From: Cyanophora paradoxa CCMP329 | Taxonomy: Eukaryota; Plantae; Glaucophyta | DNA length: 64,000 nucleotides | Reading direction: 5' to 3' | Assembly: GCA_004431415.1 (NCBI GenBank) | Contig: QPMI01000160.1 | Coordinates: forward strand, 101,297-165,296 | In this document: positions 12,832-24,700 of the stretch, piece by piece | Layout: each line of letters begins with the position of its first letter | Position numbering within the stretch: position 1 is the stretch's first letter | Program-made: the position numbers and the translations under genes | The notes under the pieces: model-generated | The model's input: only the letters and a program-made list of their open reading frames with translations | Database searches by the model: none | Told to the model about the DNA's origin: nothing

Positions 12832-13200
12832 GATCAGGCGCGTGTCGTCAAGAGCAAGCGTGCCAAGGGCTCGAGCTAGCGCGCGAAGCGAACATCAGGG
12901 AGCGCACCGCTCGTAGCAACAAGGGGGGCGAGCTCTGGGGAGCGCGCCCCGGCCGCGGTCGCTTTGCAGATATCGATGTTGAGGCTGCAGCTGACAGCGG
13001 TCGCTCTCGGGGCTCGTGCTGCGCAGGGGCGCGCGAGCGAGCTCAGCAACTTGCCAGAGCGCTTCGGACTTGACCTATCGCGAGCTCAGTGGTCTAGCTC
13101 GGCGTGCTTACCGCCATCGGGCTCGGCGGCGGCGGCGGCCTGGGCCGATCGGACGCAGCCGAAGGCGCCGCCCATCGCTCGAGGCCTAGGTCCCCGCTGG

Positions 13201-13256
13201 AGCCCGAAGCCCCGGTTCAAGCCCCGAAGCCCCGGTTCAAGCCCCGTTGAAGCCCG
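13201..13256. repeat. Short tandem repeat (20-bp unit GAAGCCCCGGTTCAAGCCCC) in the divergent promoter region
   Basis: Two exact units plus degenerate flanks, ~70-120 bp upstream of ATG 13327. Confidence 0.6.
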
Positions 13257-13326
13257 CAGGCCGGGGGTACGCTAAGTTCTATCACACGAAGCGACCCGTG
13301 CGGGCGGGCAAGCCGGCGCCCGGGAG

Positions 13327-15265
13327 ATGGCGTTCCGAGTCACGCTTGTGGACGAGCGAGCCGGCCGGACAGCTCCCCTGGAGGTGCAGCCTGCTTCGGC
13401 TGAGTCCGCGAAGCTGTTCGCGACCTTGCGCGACGCGGCTCACAAGCTCCTCGCCGGTACGATGGCCTTTCCCCCGTTCTTGAGCGCCTCTTTCTGAGCT
13501 TCCCCGTCCCCAGAGAGCGAGGGCGCTCTCGTCGCGTCTCCTTCGGACGTCCAGCTGTCCTACCGCGATTCAGACAACGACCTTATCAAAATCAACAGCG
13601 AGGAGGAGGCCTTCGCTGCTCTGGCGTGTGTTTCGCAGCCGGCCGCCGCCGCCGCCGGCGGCCTCGTCCTCTACGCATCGCGACCGCTCAATCTGGTCCC
13701 GCGCTCTCTGGCTCAGGACGCCGTCCAAGACGGTAAGAGGACGGTCTCTCTTAGCTTCTAAAATGAAATCCAGAGGCGCGCGCTGACTCGCTGTTCAGGT
13801 CGCCTGACCGCCGGACGCGCTCCCGCGCCCCTCGCCCCTGCGGACTGCGCCACGCTGCAGGAGGCCCTCGCAGACATCGTCCGCGCCGCTGAATCGATTC
13901 TGAGCTCCGTCGGAACTCCGGAGGCGGGAGATCTCAGGTCCCGCGTCGGCGCGCTGCGCACGGCCGCGGCGCAGCTGGCCGCAGCGGCGCCGGCGACGCC
14001 TGCCGTCCCTGCCGCAGCTTTGGAGGAAGCCCCGTTTACCACGCCGGTCGCCGGCCCGCTCCCGTCGCCCGGCGCCCCGATGAGCCCCGTGACTCCGGCC
14101 GCGGCCCCGCGGGCGGCGGCGCCGCCCGCGAACCACGCGCCGGCCGTTCACAAGGATGTCCGATGCGACTCGTGCCACCAGTGGCCCGTCCGGGGTACGC
14201 GATTCAAGTGCGCCCAGTGCGAGAACTTCGACCTCTGCGCCGAGTGCGAGGCCGCCAACCGCCACGACCCTCGCCACATCCTCCTCAAGGCGCGTACCCC
14301 CCCCCCCTTCCCCTCTCTCCCTTCCGAGCGTCGCTGATTCTCCCTCCCCCCCCCCCTTCAGATCCGGGTACCGCGGCAGGTGAAGGTGATGCACGCGGCG
14401 GGGTCGCCCCCCGAAGGGTCCCTCGTCCTCCCGCGTGGGGCCGTACCCCGCGTCCCCTCCGCCGGCCGCCTCCACGCCAGCTTCCCCTCGCCCGCCCTGG
14501 GGCCCGCCCCGGCCCCGGCCCCCGCCCCCGTCCCGTCCCTCCTCTCTGCCGCCTCCTCCGCCGCTTCCGCCTCCGGATCGAGCCCCCCGGCCGCCGCCGC
14601 CGCCCCGGCCCCTGCCCCTGCGGATGCCGCCGGCGCAGGCGCCTCGGCCGCCGGCGCGGGAGCTTCCCCCTCCCCCGCGGACGACGCCGCCGCTCTCGGC
14701 GAGTCTTTCGTCGTCGTACCCGGCGCCGCCTCCTCCTCCCCCGAGCCGGACGACGCCGCCGGCATCGGGCCGGTACTCCCCGCAGCCTCCTCCTCCCCCC
14801 ATCCTTCCTTCTCGCCCCTCCCCGAAGCCTCCCTCGCCGACTCCTCCCTCCTCGCCCTGTCCGACGCCGGTACCCCCCGCCCCCGCCCCCTCTGCCGGCG
14901 CGCTCACGCCGGCGCAGCCCTGGGCTCCTCGATCGACGACGGCGCCGGGGCCGGCCTGGGCGCCGCCCCCTCCAGCTCCCCCCGGCCCCCCAAGGAGCCT
15001 GGCTCGCCCCCCTCGGCCCTGGGCCGTTCCTCCGGTTCCCTCGGGAGGATCCTTACCCCCGAAGAGTTCGCCTGCGAGCTGGACCTCCACGAGTGGTACC
15101 CATACCCCCCTCCATCTCTTCCCCGCCCCCTCCCCGCCCGTTCTCTGAACCGGTACTGTACCCCCCAGGCAGCTGGTGGAGTCACGGAGGGAGATCGAGG
15201 CTCTGCTCTCGGCCTCGACCGCTTCCCTGGGGCCCGCCCCGCCCGCCGCCGCCGCCGGCCCTTGA
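13327..15265 (+). CDS. PB1 + ZZ-type zinc finger protein, p62/SQSTM1-NBR1-like selective autophagy receptor (about 5 exons)
   Basis: ATG 13327. PB1 acidic OPCA motif VQLSYRDSDNDLIKINSEEE (~13550-13608). ZZ finger HKDVRCDSCHQWPVRGTRFKCAQCENFDLCAECEAANRHDPRHILLK (14149-14289). Low-complexity linker. AIM/LIR-like ESFVVV and spliced ELDLHEW|QLVES. Stop TGA 15263-15265. Confidence 0.8.
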
Positions 15266-15485
15266 GGCTCACCCCTTTTATTCCCGTGAACGAGCCTGTA
15301 TAGTGCAGAGTGTCCGAGTTCGCCCGATCGCGGCCCATTCCAGCATTGATAGTCATTGAAAAGTGATCATAAATACAAATGCCAACTTCCCGAGTTCGAA
15401 CAGCCCAAGCTCGCAAGAGCTGTATGTAGGCTATATATAGGCCGCGCCGGGCCGCGCCGCAGCTGCACAGCAACTTGGCAAATCT

Positions 15486-16994
15486 GCACTCTTACTTTTA
15501 CTTTTACAGGCCCTGGTCAAACTTGACGTAAAACGGCTGCTGGAGGGGGGTTTTCGGTGGCAGAACTGCCCTTTTCTGGCAATTTCTGGGTGCAGAACCG
15601 CCGCATTCCGTGTGTTAATCGTACTTGCATCGGCTTTAAAGCCCTTCTGCATTGAAAAACTACCCGTTAATTATAAGCACCTTTCTGAGGCCAGGGTGCC
15701 CTTGGAAGGCCTACCCCCCCTCAGGACGAAGGATTTGTCATTCAGCACCACATTACAGTTTACAGAAACTGTCTCACCACGACGCCTACCATGAATCCTA
15801 GGATTGGCACTGAGGCACTTACATCTTTGGAAAATAGGAACCGAAGCTTTGAGTGCTGGAGGAATCAGTGAAGCTAGAACTACAGTAGAGAACAACAGCT
15901 GACAGGGATAAAGAGGGAGAGGAAGTGGGTGGGCAGAACACCGTGCTACTACTGGCCCCGAAAAGGCCAGCCTGGTCTACCAGCGGGAGGATCACGCCTC
16001 CACCATAGCGAGTAGCTCCAGCGCGCGCCCAGTCCACCCGCCTCCCGTCTCTCGATCCCAAGGCTGCTGCGCCCCGCTGCAGGTGCAACACCATCCTAAA
16101 AGAGGACCGGAAACCGGAGCTCGTGAGAGCCCGGGTGAAAACCGGTGGGCGCACAGCGCCGCCAGCCGCAGCCAGCGCTCTGTGCTCCTCGGCCGAGAGA
16201 TACCTCCTCCAGTTGGCGCGCGCACGCGCGCGTGGGGTCCGCTGCGGCGGGGGTTGGGAGGCCCCGGGCCGCCCGAGTGCTCAGAAGCACATCGCCTCGC
16301 CAGGAATCTAAGCATCTGTGCGGCCGCGACGCCCAAGGCCGCGACGCGGGCGTGCAATCACACGACCGACGATCATCTGCGCGGGCGCAACACAGGTCGC
16401 CGGCCCCATAGCCGCGGGCGGCCGATCGCTGCCGCAGAGAAGTGCTTGGGCTGAACGAGAGAGCAGCTGCTGAAGCTGCCGCTGGTGTCCGCTGGAGTAG
16501 CTCGCCGAACCGACCCACGGAGCGGATTCCTAACGGACGCGCGGCTAACCAGCTAGAGGAGGGCTAAAGGCACCGCCGAGGCGATTCGCGGCTGCCGGAG
16601 AGGCGCCCAGCGGGCAGGAGCCCGCTACCTACTTTCTCTCCAGGTCGGGGTACGCGAAACCCCCCCCCTCAGGACCGCACTTCTTTATAATTACCCGAGA
16701 ATCGTGTGTCTAGCTATACGTATACAGAGATCTGGATCCGGATAGAACCCGGTGGGAAAGGCATATTTACTTAGCTCAGCGGCTGAGACATAGCTAGGTC
16801 GCATGCGCAGCCTCGCAGGCAGCGCCCCTCTCTCATTCATGGATGGGCGCTCTTGTATGTAGTCAAGTTTTACGTATACATTAAAAACGCCGCGGCCGTG
16901 ACGGTCACTTTTTGACGGCACTTTTAGCTTTACAGAGGGGGCCGGCCCGGCCGGGCCGCCGGGGGTCAAACTTGACGTGAAATGGCAACCCTAG
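15486..16994. mobile_element. Possible degraded non-autonomous DNA transposon ends (hAT-like)
   Basis: GGTCAAACTTGACGT at 15515 and 16964 in similar upstream context, with variants at ~16862 and ~16903. The right copy is followed by TGGCAACCCTA (16983-16993), resembling TAGGGTTGCCA-type hAT termini. No matching left TIR or TSD was found. Confidence 0.3.
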
Positions 16995-17474
16995 TAGCAG
17001 GCTACTAGCAGCCTACTAGCAGGCCGGGGCCGGGGCCGCCGCGGCGCCGCCGCGCCGGCCCGCCGGGCTATTAGCTGTAGGCTGTAGGCTGTAGCAAACT
17101 GCAGAAGGCTACCGGTACCTGCCTTCTAGGTACATGGCCCTGAATGCGCATTCGGACTCGAATTTCGGAGTGATTTCGGATCGATGGATAGCTTAGGAAT
17201 CATTTGAATGCGCATGCGGACCGATGATGCGGTACGAGTCCGTACGACTCCGTACGAGTGCAAGTACCTTCGAGCCTGATGATCAGAGGGAGGTTTCTCA
17301 TTCATTTCCGCCAATTTCCATTCAAGTTTCCCAGAAAACTTTTTTCATCAAACTCGAACGGGCGGGAAAGAGCCGAGAAAGCGTCACGGCGTCACGGCGT
17401 CACAGACTCCGAGCCCCAAAAAAGGTTCAGTTGCGGGCTCCTAGCCGATTGCGAGTCGCCAAGATTCAATGATT

Positions 17475-18062
17475 CGGCGGCCGCCGGCGGCCGGCCTGGC
17501 CCGGCGGCCCCGGCCATGGCCATGGCGGCCAGCGACGCCGGTGGCCACTGGCGGGCCGTGCCACGGTGGACCGTGGGCCGTGGCCCCTGGGCCCTGCGGC
17601 CCCTGCGCCGGGCCTGCAGCTGCGGCCTCTGCCAGCTGCCATCATTGTGCCCGCGGCCCGCGGGCCGCGGGCCGCGGCCGTGGCCATGGCCCGTGGCCCG
17701 TGGGCCGTGGCCCGTGGCCATGGGCCGGCGCCGGCGTGGGCCCTGGCCCGGGCGGCCCCTGGCCCGGCGCCGGGCCGGCGGCCATGGGCCGTGCACGGTG
17801 CACGACGGCTGCACGTCGACGCCTGGCCGCGTCGTGGGAGACGGTGGGAGTCGTGGGACTCGTGGCCCAGTGGCCCTGGCAGTGGGATACTCGTGGGCCG
17901 TCACGGCGTGGCCAATGGCCATGCCATGATGGCCGGGTGGCCCTCGAGCTCTCAGAGTCTCGCGCTCGCGATCGTGGGATTCGTGGACGCCGGGCCGCGG
18001 GGCCCGTGGGCCGTGGCCCGTGCCCCGTGGCGGCCGGGCCGGCCAGCCGGCGCCTGGCAGCG
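17475..18062. repeat. Very GC-rich low-complexity region built from GGCC/GGCCGTGG/GGCCCGTGG units
   Basis: Repeated ggccgtggcc, gggccgtgg and ccatgg motifs; overlapping ORFs have no domain signal. Confidence 0.6.
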
Positions 18063-18790
18063 GAGGAGGTCTCGTTCTCAGAGTCTACCGTAGTACTCGG
18101 CTACGAGCCTACGAGCCTACGACAACACTGTGACAGCACGGCCGCGGTCTACCGCTGCGCATGCGGCGGCGCTGCCGCAGTGCCGCATGCGCAGTACTAG
18201 TACATCACTGTACTACGGTACATGCAGCCCGCATGATGCGCAGTGCCGCTGCACTGCGGCAGCTGCCAGCCTGGCAGGCTGCAGCTGGGGCCCGATCGCG
18301 ATTCAGCGTGCGAACCGTTGAACTGCCAGCCTGGCAGGCTGCCTCCAACGTACCGTACGTACGCATATCGATCTTCCTTTGGGACTGTACATATGCAGTG
18401 ATAGCTAGTCCGGGCCGGGATCCTCGGGGATGAGATTTTGAGACTCCACTCGCGCGCTACATATTAATATTGGGACCGGAATTCGAACTTCCGAGCTCGA
18501 GTTCGGAAGCAGTACGCCGCACGCGTGGCCGGGCACGAGGTGGCGTTTGAATTCGAATTCAGCGCTCTCCGTTTGGAGGCTCGCTCGGCATCCAGCGGCG
18601 GCACCTCACGCACGTGAGCCAGCTAGCGCTGAGCGGACTCTCCGGGACCGGAGGCCTGCAGCTAGCTATAGCTAAATATATATCGCGCCCTCTTCCCGCG
18701 GGACTCATGGCCACGGCCAGCTGCAGCAGCCTGGATTCAATTGGCGGGCTGCGCATGCGCAACATACTTCAGACGAATTCAAGTAGGCTA

Positions 18791-21700
18791 ATGCGGAAAT
18801 CTGTGACTCTGCAAGCGGCCGGTGGAGCTCGCAGCTACAGGCAGCGCAAGATATCTGCTTTTTCCGATACATTTCGTTGCTTGCTTTCGCTGTCTTGCGT
18901 ACTCCATGCTATTCCTTCTAGCCAGTCGCAAGGTGAGGCTCAACGCAAAGATGAAGCTCAAGCTTAGGCCAAACATGTTTAATTTAAGCGTCCTCGCCTC
19001 CGGCCCAATAATTTTATGTATCACGCGCGCGAGCTCGAGCTCTGAGCATGCATATGCCTGAATTCACTTCGTCTTTCGGTCTTTCGGATCAACAGGTTAC
19101 TCTCGGTTGGTCGTGTCGGCCCCTCCCGCGGATTCCTTCCTTCTTGGTGGCATCATCACCCCCGATCCACGCGGCGTGACTTGCGGTATGTAGATGGTCA
19201 TGGAATCTAATATACGTGTACAATAGACGCCGAGAAACTGTGCCTTATCATTTTGAGTCTTCAGATCAGGGTCAGTCTGCCGCGGATCCGATTTTCCGAG
19301 GTCCGGATCGATATCCATTCCGTATCGGCATCATTTCAAATTTGCAAATTTGATTGCAGATGTTGACCCAAGCGGAACGGCGGAGTGCGAGCTGCACTGG
19401 ATGTGTGGAGACCCGGCTTTCTGCGGCAGCATCCAGCTCGCTCTGATTGGCGGGCCTAATCTGTACACGCGCGACGCTCGACTTTCCCCGGGTACGTTGA
19501 TCATGAGCGGCTCCGCGAATGACTAGCACCGTACATGTCTTTCTTCACATTCGCCACACCGCGCATGCATCCATTGTAATTATAATCGAACTTATCATGC
19601 ATGGAATGTAGGGGATTACGACGTCCGTCCAGTTCGTGTCCAGGTTGTGGATTCAGACCCTGCGTTTCCGGTACGCTAGCGCTGAGGCTCTTTTTTGAAG
19701 ATCGATATCTACAAATATCTTGATGTGATATATAATGATATACTGATCCATGCGCGCGCAATGCTGCCGTGTCCTGTAATCCATTTTTGAATACTCAGGG
19801 GATCGTCTACCACGTCTACCGGTACGATTACCCTGCCTCGAAGCGACCGACGCACTATTTATATATCTTCGGCTTCCGTTCAGATTTACCGTCAATCACA
19901 CTTCCGCTCTCAACTTTTCACTGGGCTTGACGCGCGACTTCGCGGTCCTCCATCAACAGGAAGCCACGCCGCAGAACCCGTCTCCGGGCCTCAACCTCGC
20001 TACCATGAAAGGAGTGGACTTCAACTTTACGCTGCATTTCTACCCCGGCGGCAGTAACGCAAACATCGACAACATCCGGCTGCTAGGCGCCTCCGCGGTT
20101 GCCGGTCCGTAATCGGACACTGATCATGAGACACTGAGACATGCTCGAGCATGCTCTTGATTACTTTTCTTTCGAATTCCACTGAACTTACGGCACGGTT
20201 TGCTTTTTACAGACGTAATCGATCCCTCAAGGCTCGATTCGCTCCCCTCGGTTTGCCGCTTCATGATCATGATCAGGTGTCCTTGTCAATTCGTTCTGAT
20301 TCGAGCACGCCCTCCTTTTCTAGGTAAGAGTGTTCAACTCAAGCAACTCCGGACCCTACCACTTGTACATCGGCGCCAGTACGTCTGCATGTATAGCGAA
20401 CATGCAGTGGAGCTTGCAAATGCAATTTTCGTAAAGGTTTGTGATTTAATTTATGCAGATCGAACCAGCAATGGGAACATCACCTACTCGTCGGCAATGC
20501 TCTCCATCGATCGCGAAAGCGCTCTTTCCGAGTTCCGCGTCAAGCACCGGCCGCTCAGGCTCCAGTCCGACGGCCAGCCTTACGCGTTCCAGTACGCGAA
20601 GGGAACGGACTACAGCCGAACGTGCGCCTACAGACTGAGTCTGAGATTAGATATGCAAATCAAATATTAATCGAAGAATTCGAACCCCTGCACGCTCAGG
20701 TCGGGCCCGTGGTACAACGTCACCCAGGTCTTTCTTGCGAATCCGGACTTCGCCTCGGACGGGTACGCGAAGCTTAAGCTTAAGTATAGCTTGCTCTGAT
20801 CTTAAGCGTTGTAATATTAATTATTACGCGTACAACATCGAATTCAATACTGTTGACTATAGCTTGCTCTGATCTTAAGCTTTATTATACGTACAATATC
20901 GAATTTATTTAACTTAGTAATACTGTTCTCGATCGCGCACAGATTCGAGTTTGCGATTGAGACGCGGAGTGGAAACCAGAAGATCGCGAACTTGTACACC
21001 GTACACGTCCTTCCTCTGCTTATCGCCGAAGTGGAGATGCGGGCCTTCACGCCGGTCCTGGTCGCCGAGCATCTCGCGTACCCTTTCTCGATCTCTTCTA
21101 CCGCGGAATACTTCCGCGTGTGGATGAAAGTCAACTCTGGCGCCCAGAGCACCTGGACGGCACTAAAGAGTTCAGACGGTAACTACCTCTGGACGCACTC
21201 CAAAGGCTTCAAGCAGTACGACTTTGTGTACAAAGCATCGTACGGGGTACGCACTGTGCACATTCGCCGAGCTACCGGTCCGGTTGACGCAACATTAATC
21301 GATATCGCCTCCAAACACAGTTCGGGACCAGAACAATCATAGTGGATCTCCTGCTGCCCTCCGTGCGCGATATGCCCTTTGACTTCGAGCTCAGATCGCC
21401 TTCGCTAACGACGCGAGGTAAAACGCGTGGCAAATCGAAACGCAGGCACTTTATCCCAGGCAAGTCGCCAACGAGCTACGCGAGCTCGCGTTCATCCCCT
21501 TCGCTAAGTGAGAATGCTCGCGCAGTGTCCAAGCAATCGTGAAGGGCTACGACTCCACTGCCTGGACTTCGGATGAACGCCCCATGCGCATCCTCAAGTG
21601 GGGGGGCGCAGGGCTGAACCTCCACGTGAGTCCAGGCAGCGCTACGTTCGACCTGCAAGATTTCGCAGGTGCTCACTCTAAACCTTCAATCACTTTCAGT

Positions 21701-24700
21701 TGCCGTCACTGGAAAGCAGCTTTTAACGTACGTTTGCAACCAGTTACGGTCGTCAAGCCGGCTGAATCGACGGCGGTCGTCGCGGATTTGTTGGCGAACG
21801 TATATGTGAACACTCCGACAGGCGCCGCTGGAGTCCGATTCATCGGCCTCTCGTCTTCATCGGCCTTCTCAGTTCCAGTCACCGTGGAGATAAGGTTTTC
21901 GAGTCGGGTAGACAAGGTTTACCCGGCGTACTTGCTAGGGACGTTTGAGATGTATGTCATTGACGCTTTGGGGGACTGTCGGGGGGAGCCATCGCCTTGG
22001 AACAACACCGGCGTGAGTGATTCCTGCTCTAGCTGCTCGCGATCGGCCGGCAGGCACCATATGCATTGGAGCCGCGGCTGACTGGATTATGTTTAATGCA
22101 GTTTGCTTACTGCGAGGTGAGGCCGGCTTCGACAACAGCAGCAGATGTACTCCCGTCTGATGCCATGTAATCCCACCCTCCCCGCCGCGGCGCGCATTTC
22201 TCGCCGCAGCGCAGTGTCTAACGTTGACGTCCGCGCAGAGTCAGCACAGAGACTCCGGGGCTGGGGTACTTTGCAGCTCCAGTTTACATCCCCTCCTTGC
22301 GCGCCTACCGATGGTACTACGTTGGCACGGCTGGAGGATATGCGTCATTGAAAATCAGTTGGGCTCCTGGCCGCCTCCACCTCAGCCAGCCGAGCAACGC
22401 CATCGCCAAGACGAACTCTTCCGTTCCCATTTTGAAGGGCATCCTCAGCTGCCCTGAGCGTTTAGCGCGGAATGCATACGGCCCTTGCACCCTCAAGGCG
22501 GACAGCACCGCGACCGTCCTGGAAGCGAAGATGTTTGCTCCTGAGAAGCTTTGGCCAGGCGCCAGCTTTCAGGCGGTTTCTGGCGCTGTTGGCACCTTCA
22601 GCTTCTTTGCGAACGAGAACGAGGCACGCATGCGCAATACCATCGAAAGCAAGCGCATCTGCTTGAAATGCGCTTATCACGTTTCCTATTGTTTTTCCGG
22701 CAGCTCCAATCGGGAATGACGGAGAATGTCAAGGTGCACTGGGCCGACTACTGGGCTTCCAGTTACGGCATCGAGGGCGAGTTGAATCCTGCGGCGCGGA
22801 CTTCTGTGAAGGCGTGTTCTTTATTCCGACGACAGTTCATCTGCACTGCTTTTCGTTCACAATTAGAGTCGCGCAGATCGTGGATGTGGACACTTCTGCA
22901 AGCTATTGTGCCCTCGCTTTGGATCCTACTGGCGTTTCCTTTACGATGGTCGGACTTTTGCACTGAACATTGCGCAGTTTGAATAATACCAACTATCCAT
23001 CCGTTTGTACGCAGCGAGGAATGTGCTCTCTCATTTCGGCGCGCGACAAGACGGGTCTGAGAGGCCCCCTTGGAAAAGGCGATTTCAGCTACAACGGAAC
23101 TTTCCCCTTCCAGTACCGGACCTACGCTGAGCCCTCGCTGTCGGTTGGAAACACCTCGGTTCGCGTACCCACGTCGCCATATATATAATATATAAAACTG
23201 GTTTAATTTAATTATATTTGGCTCTGCTTCTCCAGTACGACGTCGTCATCGAGTCGCGGAGCGACTTTGAGCCTGGCTGGTCGGTGAATTTCTTCTGGAC
23301 CGCTGCGGCTGGAACGCACCCAGACCCGCTGATACCGGTGTTCACGGCCCTTTTCCCCGAGGTGCGCATCACGTACTCGCATCGACCACGTCGTTATAAT
23401 TACTGTGCATCGCTTGCGCTACGTTCACACGACCGGACGCGCACGCAGTTTAGGCAAGCATATATGGGATGTAACTTCGCTGCGCTCTCAATACCAGGCG
23501 TACGCGAGCCCTTTCCCCGCGGTCGAGCGCGCCCGCGACACTGTACATGTGGCACTCTTGACTTGCGGTCGCCCGTGCGTACCACAGACTGGCAACCCCA
23601 CTTTCGGGTGCTCCGTCTGGTCGAACCCAGCGAGTCCGGTCGACATCTCCAGCTTACCGGCGCTGAATGTGGAGCCGGCTGGAGCCGGCTCGGCATCGGC
23701 CACCGCAGTGAAAACCTGCTCAACGGACTGCCCAAACACCGCCGACGATTCGACGTTCTTCTGCTCGGGCCCTTGCTCTTCCGGCGCTGCACAGTTCCTG
23801 TCATTCGCGTTCACTCCCACTCGCGCGGCGGACGTCTCGAGCACGGGAGGGGCCCTGCTTCGCATCTTGTACGACTTCAACGTGATCCGCTACTGGGATA
23901 ATACCCCAGCATCAATGGCGAGCGTCCTGATTTCCTTCCTCCGTGCGCATGCTTTGATTTAATGATCAGTAATAACATATAGTGCTGCCAAGCTTACGCC
24001 TACGCGTACGACTTTTGCGCTGTACACTCGCACGCGCAGGAGTTCAACTCAGTTGCAACACAATGAGGCAAGCCGTCGTTGTTTCACTGATTGTTCTCAT
24101 TTTCCTGTTGCATGATACTGAGCCGTTCGTACTGGATCGGAGCAGAATTCACGCCAACGGAAGCGCGACCTGCACATTGACGCGGACTGCCGATTCGTGC
24201 GTGTTCCAATTCGCGGGATAGTCAGCAATTACGCTGACGTCGACTTTAAACTCTGACTGAATTTAAATTGTACGCGCAGCGGTCCAATTCCGCAAGACGC
24301 CGCGGGTCTCTTCACGATAACGTCGGCAGATACGGCGGCGCTCACCGTAGGCCCCCTCACCGTTGCCGCAGACGGATCGAAGGTCAGAGTCTCTATGTCA
24401 GGCGAAGCAGAAAGCATTTTCTGAAGCTTCGCTGCAGGCTGAGTTCAAAATTACTGCGGAGAATCTCGCTTCTTACACAACCGGACGGTCAGTGTCGATT
24501 TCCTACGCCGCGGCTATCGGAGGGGGGGATGTCGTCGGCTCGCCCCTCTCCTTCGACATCATCGTCTCGACTATTTCCTGTGCGACGACGTCGCTCGTTC
24601 TGCTAGCCGAAGACCCCATGCACTCCGAGTGCACCAGCAGCCCGTCCGGTGGCACGCCCGCCATCACAGTCGCCGACATGGACGCTGCAGTGGGCAAGCA

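Noticed and set aside
15780-16520. Possible degenerate F-box/LRR-like coding fragments on the minus strand
   Set aside because: Only vague motifs (RQLEEVSL) across shifting frames; a gene call cannot be supported.
17258-18200. Overlapping 170-240 aa ORFs
   Set aside because: Low-complexity GGCC-rich repeats with no domain motifs or splice structure.
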